Positions 37,726 to 51,277 of a DNA stretch of 64,000 nt are shown one piece after another; position 1 is the stretch's first letter, and each line of letters starts with the position of its first letter. The stretch is from Psammoneis japonica (Eukaryota), in NCBI GenBank assembly GCA_008632985.1, contig QPGO01000106.1:1-64000 (forward strand), given 5' to 3'. The translations under genes were made by a program, and so were the position numbers. The notes under the pieces were generated by a model that saw nothing but the letters and a program-made list of their open reading frames with translations, was not told where the DNA came from and searched no databases.

Positions 37726-39309
37726 GGCTGTTCGAAGTATCCATGGAAAATGATCAACGTCGATTACGTCGAAATGGCGGGAAAGGACCGCGGGGCGATT
37801 TATTACCGCCTGTAGTGCAGGAACGCAAGGACATGTCATTATTCTTTGGGACTTGTGTGCTTCTGTCCGGCACTCGTATGTGATAATAGAGTGACAGCTC
37901 ACAAGGTAACGCCCGCGTTCGACGTTCGCCGCACGTCATGCTCGCGTGCGCTTTTCCGTCATGACGTCGCCGAGGCAATCGTCCAGCTACGTGAACTGTG
38001 TGCTTCCCTGGGGTTTCTTCAAATGTGATCTGCTTGAAGCACAAAAGCTCAAGTTGGTGTGGCAAATCTGGTGCACATTGTGCCACAAAACAAAAGAGGA
38101 AAGCCTCTTTGTTTCCTTCATTCAACAAGCCAATGAGGGGGGAAATCAACATGTGAGCATGAGTGGGAGAGAAAATTTCCCACACTTGTTTGGCGCCAGT
38201 TGTGACCAACATCTTGCAGCCGACATCATGGTCCTTTTATCTCTGTTGGATGGCTGGCACAGAGCACAGCCGCTGCAGTGCTTCAAGCAATCCTGCCGCC
38301 ACAGGAAGCTTGGCTGCTGCTTGTTGTGTCTCTTGTGCTGCAGATGGCTCCTTTTCTTTTGCAAGCATTTTTTCATGCAGAGCTGACAGAAATGCCATTG
38401 GACTGCAGTGTCACAGCTGCATGATTTTCCCAATGCTAACATCATGAGAGGAGGCCAGCCCCTGCTGTGACGTTGGCTTGGCGTGGCTGTGCCCCACAGC
38501 TGATCTTGCCAGCACAGCACTCACAAACAAGCACATTTCCTTTGACACCAAATCATGGAAAAATGCACTCTTGATTGCTTGTCTCTTGTGTTGCAGCAGG
38601 CAGATCCTTTCCTTTTGCAACCATTTTCTTTCACAGAGAGCTGGCTGCTGGGACGCTGCCAAGCAGCCCTTGGCGCCGCCGCTCAAAGGCGCGGCGTGAC
38701 AGCAGAACCTGACACCTGATTGCTGAGAGTCAGTCTTCAATCTGTCAAGTGTAAACTTGGATTGAAGTGCACAATTTGTGAGAGCTGAGAGCCTGAGTCT
38801 TGTGGCAAAGCCATGCAAAGGGCCTTTGTGTTTGCCCCGCTTGCTTGAGCTTTTTCTCCTGGCGGCATGCTGGTGCCTCTCTTTTCACTGCCATGCTTGC
38901 CAAAGAGAAACATCACAGTGTGCTGCTCATCAGCAGTTTTGGCAGCAAAAACAGAACATTGGCTGTGCAAGTTGTGAAAATCTGGAGTCTGGGCAGCAGC
39001 GCAGCTGCGGCAGGAAGGAGCTTTTGTGTTGCCCATTTTTGGGTGTTTTCTCTCACATCTCTTGCCATTGACACACTTGCAACAGCAGATCGTGGATGTC
39101 ATGCATTGGCATTTTTGGCAGGAAAAGGTTTGGTGGCAAGATCAAGCATTGGTTGTTGCCGCATCATGGTTGGTTTGTTGTTTCCGTCTTTTCTCGCAGT
39201 CGCAAACGTCTGGCCGTCGTACGTGAGGATCGAACGTATGGCGTTTTCTGCTCCTCTCCTCCTCCTTTTCCTCTTCTTTTTTTTCGTGACCTTGTGCCCA
39301 GCCGTGTCC

Positions 39310-41526
39310 CACCCCTGTGGCAGGGGAGCTGTGTGTGTGCGTGGTTGTGCGCGCACGGCTTCGCCGTGCGTTGAGTTTTAATGTCAGTGTCCACACGAGT
39401 GTGTGTGTTCCACAAGCAAAAATTCCTGTTCCACAGCTCCCCTGAAACTCTAACCACCAAAAACCGAGGGGTCGGAAGCGCACTTTCGGGAGCTCTTTTT
39501 CTCTGCACAAAAAACACGCATTTCGTCGACTCGACCATGATGATGCCTCGTGGTTCTTCCCCATCGCCTTCCCAGGACGCCGATCCTGCTGACGCCGTTG
39601 CCAATGACACTGATGCAACAGGCAATGTCATTGTTCCGGTTCTCATGTGTGTGATGCGTGCAAAATAAGATGCCACAAACTCACACTGTTGTTTGCATGC
39701 TCCACCACCTCCCACAGATGCTGTCACAAATTCCAACGCCGTGCCTGCGTTTCGGGCCCCTGGCATGCCCGATGCTGTCACTCCCACCCTTGCTGCCGCA
39801 GGCACTGTTGATTCTGTCATTGCATTTTGCCAATGACGTCCACAATGAAATGCCCACAACTCACACTTCTTTCATTCTCGCCCCACCGCCTCCCACAGAT
39901 GCCATCACAAATTCCAACGCCGCACCTGCGTTTCGGCCCCCTGGCATGCCCGACACTGTTGCTCCCACCCTTGCTGCCGCAGGTGCTGTTGATGCTGTCA
40001 TTGTCTTTTGCCAATGACGCCCACAACGAAATGCTTGTAACTCACACTTCTTTCATTCTCGCCCCACCGCCTCCCACAGATGCTGTCATGAATTCCAACG
40101 CCGTGCCTGCGTTTCGGCCCCCTGGCGTGCCCGACACTGTCAATCCTGCCCTTGCTGCTGCAGTTGCTGTTGACACTGTCATTGTTTTTGCTTTGGAAGG
40201 AACACAATGGATGATGGATGATGGCGGACCAGGAAACCCACGCAACCACGGCCTGCTGATGGACGACACATCAATGGACATGAATGGTGCCTCTTGGTTG
40301 GCTCTCGAGTGCAGTCTGATCTTTAGAACATGCAGGCACATTGTGCAGCTCTCTGTAAATTAGAAACCTGACAACAATTGGATGGCAGGCATGCTTTCAC
40401 AGTTTTTTAGTTTCAAGTTGGAGAGGTCAGCGCATTGGCATTTGTTTGCAGGCGACTTGGCAAGGTTTCAAATGGTGCATGTGACTTGGACACTGCTCCA
40501 TTTTCCAGGACTGGGCCATTGTGTGCAGTTCCACAAGAGGCCACTCTCGCCGTTTGAATTCCACATGTGATGTGCAACACACTGTTTTTGCATGTTGCCA
40601 AAATGGAGGCAGGCAGCAACGTGCTTTTGGCAAATGCTCGCTGTGTTTGTCACTGTTGGACCTTCAAAACCAGTGCCTTGTCGACAGCCATGCTGCCACT
40701 TTGCATGCCGGCACCTTCTCTGCCCGCATTCCATTGGCTGCGTCCTCCTTCACATGTTGCTGTGGTTCATCTTGACACTTGTTGTTGGCTCCGATTGGTT
40801 CCACTGGGCTCTGGGTGAGTCTCAATCACCTCCAGACAGACAAGGTTCTGCTTGGGAACAATCATCCTGAGAAAGGTTGTCACCGTGCCTCCTGTCATAG
40901 ATGCTCCTCTGCCAACGCCCACTGAACCTTGACGTCGGTTTGTTGCTTTTGTTTTTTGACCTGGTTTCGGAGCTGCACCCCAGACCATTTGAGAGAAGGC
41001 TCATCAGTGCCTTCCACAACACGGCGATGCGAACGAGAATCCAGTTTCTCCGGGGACGCAATGACAGGAGCAGACCAATCACGGCGCTGTGTTTGTGTTT
41101 CAGGCACAGGATCCGGCAAACAGAAGCCCAAATCCTTCGGATGGCAATTTGGCTGTGTTTGGGTAACGACAGCGGGTGCAACGGCACAGGCCAATGCAGG
41201 AGGGACTGCCGCATCAGATGTGGCAGGCGGGGATGCGTCAGGTGGTGTGGGGGACGAAGAACGGGAGGTCGTCATGGTCGAGTCGACGAAACGCGTGTTT
41301 TTTGTGCGGAGAAAAAGAGCTCCCAAAAGTGCGCTTCCGACCCCTCGGTTTTTGGTGGTTGGAGTTTTAGGGGAGAACATGGTTCAGGATTTTTCCTGCT
41401 GCCATTTTAGCATTTGTGTACAAATGCATAAATAAATGTGAGGACATTTATATAAAAATATAATGAATAAGATATAAACTGCCACGTAACCATGACATCA
41501 CCATATTCTCCCCTACCACAGGGGTG
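39310..41526. mobile_element. 2217-bp non-autonomous Mutator(MULE)-like element with a 9-bp TSD
   Basis: TSD GCCGTGTCC at 39301-39309 and 41527-41535. Terminal IR CACCCCTGTGG(C/T)AGGGGAG at 39310-39328 and 41508-41526. ~105-bp subterminal IR at 39438-39542 and 41269-41372. Confidence 0.9.
39600..40190 (+). repeat. 181-bp tandem repeat, ~3 copies, inside the MULE-like element
   Basis: CCCACAGATG at 39711, 39892 and 40073. Confidence 0.9.
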
Positions 41527-41677
41527 GCCGTGTCCCAAACGTGTCCCAAAATCCGGGTTTTTCTCTGATATATTTCTACGTAAATTTGTCGTAGACCAGT
41601 GTCCTGGCTCGAGGTACGCGCAGAGCAAATGTGTGAGGTTATAAGTAATTTCGTAAAAGAAAAAATCGGGAGCTATC

Positions 41678-42726
41678 TTGCGTCATGCGACGGTCTTGCA
41701 ACACGATGAATCTACTTGGAACACGCTGCTCTCTCGTGTGGATCCCCTTGGATTCCACACGCTTTTAGAGGAGATTGCGCCCATCCAACTTGTTTGTGAC
41801 CGAAACTTCATGATGGGCATATGCAAGCGCTACGCAGCGGCTGTTTCGGTGGCGAACTGTTCCTTCGCGACACATGTGGAGTTTTTTAAGGAGATTCTCC
41901 CCGATAATGCACGCATGCTCACGTTCATGAGCCACAAACTTCAATTGTCATGCTTACCTCTAGGCTTTGACGCATTACCTGCTCTTGGGCGTCTTGGCAA
42001 ATTATCAAAAACTGAAGTCGCCGAAAGGATTTTGCCATCCCTTTGGGACAATTTGGAATTTGCCAGAGCCTGGATGAAGGCCGGTCTCAATTTCCCAGCC
42101 GTAATTGGACTCGATGGATTTCGAGAATGGGTGGAGGATCGTGAAATTTGTCTTGCAAATGCTACGGTGTATGCGACTTTCGACTTCGCGCCGAGAAAAT
42201 GGCTTCCTAACGAAGGTTTCATGCTTGATGTCATTGACAACTGCAAATGCAAGAGACTACTAGAAGAAGTTTATCATATGGCTCGCACGCCCCGGTTAGC
42301 TATCGTTGTGTTGGCTGCCTCACGGGAGCTTGCAGCAAAGAAGATGTTGGAATATCATATTGCGGGAGAGGACAAGAAGATCTATGGGCTTCTAGATTAT
42401 GTACGTCGGGAGCTTCGCGTGTTTGACACTTTTTTCGGAGTGCATTCTCTGCAGTATTCTCTCGACCAATACCTTCTGAGTCCACAAGAACACCGTGAGC
42501 CTTCTCAATCAAGGACATGATACTTCTCTTATTTACAAGCTCAAAATTGCCGAGTACGTTGGTGTGCCAACTGGAAAATGGCTGCGAAAGCTTGGTCAGG
42601 CCGAAGAAAACATTCGTCATGGGGTTGCCCCATGGGAGCCTGCTCTCTGAGATCACTATCCTTTATTATCGAGCATCCTCTATGTTTGCGAGGTTCGTCA
42701 CAATGTCGGAGCTTGTCGGCTCGTAG
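41678..42726 (+). pseudogene. DUF4116-like repeat protein, 5'-truncated or frameshifted
   Basis: DRNFMMGIC, PSLWDNLEF, DREICL repeats; no clear ATG start; frame break near 42440-42520. Confidence 0.4.
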
Positions 42727-43031
42727 ATTGTTTCCGTTGTAGGTGTTACTTTACGATTATTACTGACAGTCTCTATCGTCTGTTCCACCATTCTACTCTG
42801 AGTGCCCCTTCGTCGTTAGTTCACGCAGACCAAGGACGCTAAATTATGGGACCAGCGCAATGTCGCATCCATGGATGATAACCTTCACTCTAGTTGCACA
42901 AACAAACCAAAATGACACATGCCCTACTTCTTGCGTAAAAAATATAGCATCTAAGATTAGTATTCATATCATTAATCATCATGCAAGTGAATGCAAACCA
43001 CAATTTCCCCATGGACTATGCTTGTTGGTTA

Positions 43032-44220
43032 CTACCGCCGGCTGTAGGGACTCATCTTTTCTCTCTTGGACATGAAACCACGATCTTGTCCACCACTCAT
43101 GACGGGTTTGGATCCATCGTCACGAGGACCCACCATGTAGGGTTCGAGCCACGCCGTCATGGGAAACTCGACTGTCGCCGAGTTGATGATTCGAATGACA
43201 TTGCCACTACCCGGTGTCTCAATCAGCAAAAAGAAGGGACGCTCAATACCATCTTCGGAATAGAGCTCCACCACTTGCCGATTGTTGCTGGGTCCCTGCA
43301 ACACCTCGAGTCGAGCATTCAGCGGACGACCATCGGTCGTGAGCATGACGCGGACATTTTGAACGGATGGATCAAAAGGATACGTTCGGATCGCTCCACC
43401 CTGAATGATAATCGGCGCTGGCATTTCCGATTCAAAGGCTGCCGCCAGAGGATCACCGCGGTCACTCTCGTCCGCCTCCTCTGTGACTCGCGCTTGCATG
43501 GGAAACTCGAGTGGTCCCGTGTTGCGAATGGCAACCGTGTTTGGTCCTCGCGGCGTTTCAATGACAACCTTGAGAGGACGGACACTGCCATCGTCCGAAT
43601 AACACCGCAGCTTGGCGGGACTATTGTCGGGTCCGTGCCAGAGTTCAATCTCAGCCTCGTAGGGACGAAACTCGGTGCCGAGTACCACTTGAACACGCTC
43701 AATGGCGGGATTGCCAAAGGACCAGGTTTTCAGGGAACCACCCTGCACCGTGTGTGTGTCCATTTCTCGAGAAAGAAGGGAGACTCGTGGTGAATCGCAC
43801 CTCTGTACGTGTTGGGCATGGTGCTTCCGCTGTAGGGAGCCTTATTGTTTTTGTAAATGCCCTTGCCGGGAGCATTTCGTTGAATGCCTCTGCTGCTGCG
43901 AGGCTTGGGTTGCGTCTTGGGGAGTGTATCGAGTCGAGACTGCAATTTCTGTTCATAATCTCTCTGAATATCAAAAACAAAGAACAAATGAGTGAGAAAG
44001 GTGGCCCTGCGCAGTCTTGAGGAAACAGCTAGTAGCCCAGAAGTCAACTTACAAGCTCTAACTTTTCCCGATCAGTCACCCCCCTTTCGTACGTGTCGCG
44101 AGTATACCGATCACGATACGAGCCCATGGCGCTCGTTGTGGCTGTTGGTTTAGAAGGTGCGATAAAGGCCGCACCATTCGAGACGCAAAGCGCAAGGATT
44201 GCGGCTCCGTAAGTCTTCAT
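43032..44220 (-). CDS. Diatom-type two-repeat protein (TVQGGSLKTW / IQGGAIRTY family) with an ASAF-like targeting peptide
   Basis: ATG 44220 MKTYGAAILALCVSNGAAF; intron 43964-44052; internally duplicated domain in ORF 43032-43763; one frame slip at (AC)n near 43755. Confidence 0.72.
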
Positions 44221-44846
44221 GGTTGTTCCAATTGAGCAGGATCGAGGACGAAAGTTATGAAGGTGGTTGACAAGGCGGACAAGTTGTATTTCCAGTCCTG
44301 CTTCCGTTGAAATATTGATTGGTACGTAGCACTTTCTCTGTTGTTGAAACAGCTGAATGCTTTCTCGTGTTGTTTGCACGAGACCTTCTTTCTCTTTTGC
44401 AGATGTCGGGTGTCGAAAATTTCGAATTTGCTGCCGACAATTTTCGTGGAATTGTACTGGGTTCTACGAACGGCATTTTCAGTCGTAGATTCAATACCGC
44501 CAGATCAGTTACTTTTCGACACGTCACTCATTCTCCGACGGCAATTTGATGACGACGACATTGCATCAAACTCCGGGTTTCTTAAAACGGAAGGTCGGAT
44601 TTTCTCTTTTTGTTGTCAATTCCATTCAAATGATGATATTTCAAAATTGAATGTCCGTTTTTGAAATTCGTATGATATTCGTATTTTTGAATCAATTTTC
44701 GATTTTCCGCAAGATCCAAGACCGACATCGCCACTCCTCACTCTTCTCACACATCACACAACATCACATCACTTCTCTATTGACATCACCCAAACGATCT
44801 TTTCTCTTCGTTTTGATTTGTACTATTAGCACGCTGAATCTGTCCA

Positions 44847-45914
44847 ATGTTTCATAAGCCAACAATGATATTCATAGATGTGCTTGTTTTTCTATGTTTC
44901 GCTTTCGTTGTATCGGCAAAAAAGCAAACACAACCTGTTACTACAGAAACTTGTACATCAACAACATCTCGGGCAGACGCTCTTCTCAAATCGGCGGGCT
45001 TTACCGACAAGGAAATCCAAAAAGTCCACGACGGCGAGATTGTGCGACAAATGGTCGAATCGTCGGATGACCGAGACTTGGCGGTTCGATTTGCCTACCT
45101 TGTCAAGGAGCCGATTCAAGACTTTCATGACTCGTTCGTGTCGTCGTCTGACAAGAAGCAAATCGATCCAACCCTAACGTCGTTTGGATCCATTAATCAA
45201 GCATCGCTCAAGGAGTTTAAAAAGTTAAGGCTGGAGCCGCATACCAAAGAAATAACTGAATTGTATCTAAACGCCGCTCCAGGTGCTGATCTCAACTTAT
45301 CGCAAGATGAGATTGACGTGTTTGCGGCTCTCAAGGCCAGTGGCAAGACAAGCACCAAAGACGTGGAAGAGTGCTTATACAATGTATTACGCAATCGATA
45401 TATGAGCTATCGCCGGAAAGGACTGGATGGGATTTTGCCCTACGCCCGTGCCAAGAACAAGTCCTTTGAACCCTCCAGGGCACTACGCCACAAGACGGAA
45501 CTGGCCAAACTCCTTAAAACGAATGCTCCCTCGTTTTACCGGGGACTGCTTGATTATCCAAAAAACAAACCAAAGTCACTCGAAGAACAGTTTTCATGGA
45601 ACAACTTTTGCATTGACAACCTTCCAACGATTTCTCTCATTCATCGCATGTGCGTCTTGGAAAAGGATTCCTTTGTGTTTTCCGAGCGACAGTTTTATGT
45701 GAGTCGGAGTCACAATAGCGTCCAAAGCATTGGTGGGGCCTTTCCCGTTCAAGAAGGGACCATTGTGCTGTACTTGATGAGAACGGGAACTGACCAAGTT
45801 GCTGGCTTTGGTGGATCGACAAAGCGTTCCGTGGGACAGCGAGTCATGGGGGGCAGAGTGGCCGCAAACCTTGAACGGTTCTGCAAAATTGAAGCCAAAA
45901 AGATGATGCGGTAA
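44847..45914 (+). CDS. Secreted hypothetical protein, ~350 aa
   Basis: Intact ORF, signal peptide MIFIDVLVFLCFAFVVSA, normal composition. Confidence 0.75.
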   Translation: MFHKPTMIFIDVLVFLCFAFVVSAKKQTQPVTTETCTSTTSRADALLKSAGFTDKEIQKVHDGEIVRQMVESSDDRDLAVRFAYLVKEPIQDFHDSFVSSSDKKQIDPTLTSFGSINQASLKEFKKLRLEPHTKEITELYLNAAPGADLNLSQDEIDVFAALKASGKTSTKDVEECLYNVLRNRYMSYRRKGLDGILPYARAKNKSFEPSRALRHKTELAKLLKTNAPSFYRGLLDYPKNKPKSLEEQFSWNNFCIDNLPTISLIHRMCVLEKDSFVFSERQFYVSRSHNSVQSIGGAFPVQEGTIVLYLMRTGTDQVAGFGGSTKRSVGQRVMGGRVAANLERFCKIEAKKMMR

Positions 45915-46486
45915 CATTGTCATTGATCAATCATTTTCATTATGGTGAGCTATTAAAAAACGAGTAGCGCTTGACATGAAAGCGTCGAACACCGCAACCC
46001 GTCGCGGAATAATTGACAACGGACCGTATGCTCGATTTGTTTGGGAAGATTTCGCCATAAAAGAGCATATAATAGCATTCCAACCTGGAAAGTTCTTTTC
46101 CATCAGAGATATAGTATCAGTAGGAATGACTTGTACGCCTAAAAATGACATCAAACAAAATAATGCTTCACTTTCTCCCAGTAGCAAGTACCGTCGAGCC
46201 TAGTCGTAGTTGACTCGAACGAGTGCAGTCACTGCAGCGCACTTGCAATTCGAATTGTCTTCATGAGTTTTGTATCAGAAACAGCAGTCTTTCTTTGTAT
46301 TTTTCGTTACTTGAGTTCCAATGGAAATGCTAAAGTTGGCGCTCTAGCTGGTGCAGGAGTAATAAGTCGACTCATCCCACTGGATTGTGACGAGATTTTC
46401 ATGGCTTAATACTTTTAGAGGTGCTATTCTCTGTCATCAGATAGCCGGAGGTTCGAGGCTTACGACTACTTTCTGAACGTTCTATC

Positions 46487-47239
46487 TTATTTGCAGTTGA
46501 GATTGCAAATAACGCAAGCTTTGTCGGTGCTTGCATCGGTACAGGCCAACTTTTTGCACTCCTTGCATTCTTCGTGATGATCCTTTCGTTCTGCCCTCGC
46601 GGCATCAGTGACAGCCTTCTCGGCAGCCTTCTTGACGGCCTTCTTCATGGCCTTGCCCTTCTTGACGCTCTTCTTGGTGGCCTTGCCCTTCTTGACGACC
46701 TTCTTGATGGGCTTCTTGACTGCCTCTTCCTTTGTGGCGGACTTGCCGGCCTCCTTTGTGGCGGACTTGCCGGCCTCCTTCGAGGCGTACTTCGAGGCGT
46801 ACTTCGAGGCATACTTTGTGGCGGACTGCAAGCCCTCCTTTGTGGCAGACTTCAAGGCCTCCTTTGTGGCGCTCTTTGCTTTATCGGCTGGCTTTGAGCC
46901 CCGAACGCCCTTCGGCTTCTTTTCGCCCTTCTCGCCCCATCCTGGGCCACTCGAGACTTCGGTGCCTTCGTTCTGAAGTATTTCGGGCGAAGGAGCAGCC
47001 TCACCTGTAGGAGCTTCCACGGCCTCTGCAGGAGATCCCAAGGACTCCAGGGTCTCTGTGGCGTACAAGAAAGAATTCACACAATTGTTAGAGTCGCGTG
47101 ATGGGTCATCCACACACAAGTTGCTGTGGCTGCCGCAGCTACGCGTACAAGGGTCAAAAGAACTCTACTCACCTCTAGCCTGTGCGACAGCAACTGCGCC
47201 AAGCAAGGTGAAGAGAATCTTGGAAAAAGAGAGCTTCAT
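46487..47239 (-). CDS. Secreted Lys/Ala-rich repeat protein with Cys-rich ends (5' structure uncertain)
   Basis: Leader MKLSFSKILFTLLGAVAVAQA at 47239, then a GTGAGT donor; KSATKE/KYASK and KKAVKK repeats; C-terminal CxxC..C..CxxCxxxC. Confidence 0.65.
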
Positions 47240-50200
47240 GGTGTCGTTCAAAACAAATAGACGGATCGATCCGACGCAAACGCTCGAATTGTGAGGGCAA
47301 ACCACAATGGGTGCTGGTGGACATCGATTTTGGATGACCATTGGACATTAAGTAAACGGCATTGCAGGCATTTCCCTCTCTAGTCATTCTAAGGGCTTAT
47401 ATAAAGAACAGGCAAAAGAAGCGTTGAACACAGGATACGTCATAGATCTCAAAGTCTTTGTGTGTGGGAGCCGACAGGAACAAGGTGCAAGGGCTGTTTT
47501 AATTTTTTTATGCCCCAGGGAGTCATCGAAACCAGGGGTCATGGGACTATGAAAAATAAAGCGAACGAAATGAAATAAATAAAGTGGACGCACGGATTTC
47601 CAGCCCATCCGCCCAAAGTCAATCGCTGTCCCATTGCGCAGTGCACCTTCTGGCAGACTGCGGGTCAGCCTGCACCGGCCTCTGTCTGCTCTTTAGCTGG
47701 ATGCAATGCTTGGCAATGGAATGGCAGCACTGCACAAACCAGATCTGTTTTGTTTTTTTCAACAACACACGTGATGAGCGAGTTGTGAATCATCTGTCGA
47801 TCAATTTCTGCTTTGTGTCAGTCAGTCTGTCCTTGTGGAATCTTCCCGCCACGTTGGATCACATTGTTGGAGCTCACGGCTCAACAACAGTCATGTGCTG
47901 CAAATGTCACAAGGCCCAACTCAGGTCTTGTTGATGCAGAATTGATTGTTGAGAACTTGGCAACTCCGCCGATGTGCCAAACAGAGAAGAGCGTGGATTT
48001 CCACCCTGTGAGCTGCCCAGCCGCACTCGCCAGATTTTGGCCCAGACAGCTCACATTTTCAGTCAGTTGTGTTTCTGCAAAAAGCTTTTGACCAAATGCC
48101 ACATTGCTGCCAGATGGTGAAGAGTTGCTGCTTGCCCTTTGGTCCATCTTGGAGTGGACACCCCCAAGTGGCGCGCTGGAAGCAAGACTGCCTGCGAAGC
48201 GCGCGTGTGCGCGCTGGTTGGCGAGCCCAGCTGGGGTGACTTGGCACATTCTGCACTTCCATTTGGGAATGCCCAGGCTGCAGCTGCCACCTCCGGCTCT
48301 GATGCCATCAGAGCACCGCCAAGACCATGCTCCGTGCTTGTTTGTTTGTTGGCGTGTTCCAGCCCCAGGTGACACACAAAATGACAATCGACTTTGAACA
48401 CAAATTGTGTGCACATGAGTGCATGGAGCATTTTCACATGAAACACTCAAGCGGATTGGCTTTTGCAGGTGTCTGGAGCATGAACAATTGTGAAGAATTA
48501 AATGGTTTTTTGTGGGGCATTGAAGTCCTCATGGGATGTGTGTCACAAACTTCCTCAGTGGACTCAATGCTGATCGTACGTCACTGGTCTTTGTGCTGAG
48601 ATTTCTTTGCAGGTAGAAAACATGCCAAGAAGCATCGTAGAAAGACACACTTGGTTGACATCCAAATGACGGCAACAATTTTGCCGAAAATCATCCACTG
48701 TGTTGCGACTCGTTTGGTGCAATGAAAAACATTGATGGCACAATGACAATGATTTTGCAACACTCACACGAGTCTTGTCAGTGTTGCAAAACAATGGAAT
48801 TTGAACAAGTCTGTGCTTTTGGTGGTGAAAAACCGTTCGCAAGTCAGAGACCGTGCAAAAATTGCGCAAATGTTGTTTTTGTGCATGATTTGGGTCACGT
48901 GCGGCTGGAACACGTCTGTTGGTTGTCAGATCGTTGGATCTCCAACAGCATGTGCCACCATCTCATGTGCTGCCTCACTCCATGGACCTCCTGAAACCCA
49001 AGACAGCTCTCTGAGCTCACACTCTCTGGTGGAGAATGTCCCAGATGATTGGTTGGCACCAACAGCTTTTTGAGCGACCTGGATCATCCCATGGCAGATG
49101 ACCCTGATCCCTTCATGGACCTGCCTCCTCAGTTTAGTTTTGCCATGTTTTTGAACAAATTTCCCCTGGATTGCCACCTTTGCCCTGTTTTTCTACAGAA
49201 AGGGTGAATTCCTGGGGAATCACCATGAGTTGCCCTTTGTCACATGTGTGCTGAACACACGAACAAAAAATTTGAAAAAATCTAATTTTAAGTGCCATCG
49301 CACCTTTGCCCAGCAACACCGGTGCCGGCTGGCCCACACTTCCAGCGCACCCTGCAAGGGTTGCGGCAGAAGATCGTGTGGTCAGTTGGTCAATGCGCTG
49401 CTTTGCAGCAATGCGCACCAGAGACAAAAGGTCAAGGAAAAATTGCACCAGAATGAGATCATTGCTTTCTTTTGGAGAGGCTTTAATGCACCCAAACCAC
49501 CACAGCAAAGGACAGTCAAGTTAAGCAGAGAATTCAAAGTCAGCGCAAACTCTGAGAGAAAATCTTTGCCTCTGAGGGAGAATCGTGTCTTCAACAAAGA
49601 CTGACTGAGTTTCACAATTGCACGGACCAGAACAACAGTGTGCAGTTCACTGCTTGGAACAGTGATCTTGGCAGGCCAGCAAGCAGAAAAGGGGATGTTC
49701 TCGGGGGACTTGCAAGGATGAAACAGGAAGTCTTGGTGATGTGACGAGAAGGTTGTCAGAAGAAACATCATTCACACACAGAATTGATGCTGAATCTTGT
49801 GCAGAAAAGCCGATCTGCACAGCAAATGGACAGTCGTCAGGTGATGCCAATGGTTTGTCCACGCAAACACTTGCAGGTGCCACAACAGGGACAGCACTTT
49901 CACCACATGAGGTGAAGAACTTGAGCAGCCAGCAGGAGAAAAAAAATTGTTGGGGGCTTTTGGGTGTGGAAGGAAGTTGATCACATCGGAGATGCAATGA
50001 CTGTTGGTGTGCATTTCTGAAGCGCGCAGAATTTGCACTGGATTCTGTGCAGAAATTGCACCAAATCCACAAAAAATTGCCAAGTGAGGCAACAAGCATG
50101 CAAACCACAAGGTTTCAACGTCAGTCATTTTCCACTGAAAACCATTGCACATCATGGAGATAAAAGGGTGTGCCAATGGCAGAAGGGGCCAAAAGGTTGA

Positions 50201-51277
50201 CGGGTGACCCAGCGAAATGCCGTCTGAAAAGGGCGACATTGGTGCGAGCGCACGTGCAGAAACACACGTGGGGGCTGCCAGAGTGGGTGCTCACACAGAA
50301 AAGTTTAAAAAAATGATGTGCGTTGGCAATTCCCCATGCTTCCCTCTTGCACATTTCTGTGTGTTCCACATGACGGCAGGCACGGAACCACACATCAGAT
50401 GTGCAAAACAACAATCAACAATCGACCGACTGCAACAAAAATGGGCAAAACACCATGGCGCATTCGCGCCCCATTTGTGATGGCTTTTGTCAAGCAATGA
50501 TGACACCAGTCAACCTCATGAACAACATTGTGATCTACAGCACAAAGGAGACAAAATGAAACAGAAGTGTGACAGATGATGTTGAGCAGAAAACCAGTGC
50601 ATTGATCGTTGCACTTGTTCTTTTGTCGTGTGGTCACAAATGCAAGCCATGTGGCGTTCATTGTAAAGTCCAAGGGGCAAAAGTGGAGCAGCACGTGGCC
50701 AACAAAAATGTGCTGGATTGAACAGTCATGCTCATTCTTCCAATTGATGCATTTTGTGTGCAGAATGAAGTGAGTCATTTGGAATCACTTTGTTGTCGTG
50801 AAGCTGCAAATGCAAACCACCAGGCGTCTAGAACAAAGGTCAAGGCAACAGTGGAACCTCACAAGGCTGACAAAAACATGGCGGATTGAGTGGTCATGAT
50901 CATTCTTTCCTTTGACCCAACTCATGCGCAGAACACAGTGCATCATGTGTTCCTTCTTGTGTCGCTTGGTCACAAATGCAAACCACAAGGGCTCCAGAGC
51001 AAAGGACAAGGCAAAAACAGAACCTTGCACAAGCAACATTGACGTGCTTTGTGTTGATGTGTCGATGCATTGCACAGCGCCCACACAGTCATGAGGACAA
51101 AAGCACACCCGCCTGACCACAGTCACCATGCATTGCCTGCATTCCATTCGTATTTTTGTTCCCCTCCCCTGAGCCCTTTCAGGCATTCCTTCCTGCAAAA
51201 TTGCCCTCATTTCCCGGGATTCCCCCAAAAGGGCAAGGTGACTCCCCCTTGCCCTGGCCATTTTGGGGAATCCCCAA

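Noticed and set aside
39600..40190. Regular repeats considered as a CRISPR array (also 26640-26790)
   Set aside because: Whole units repeat or spacing is irregular; no unique spacers, no cas genes, eukaryotic context
47800..49600. Possible MULE/SWIM or hAT transposase remnants
   Set aside because: Too degenerate to support any motif without a search
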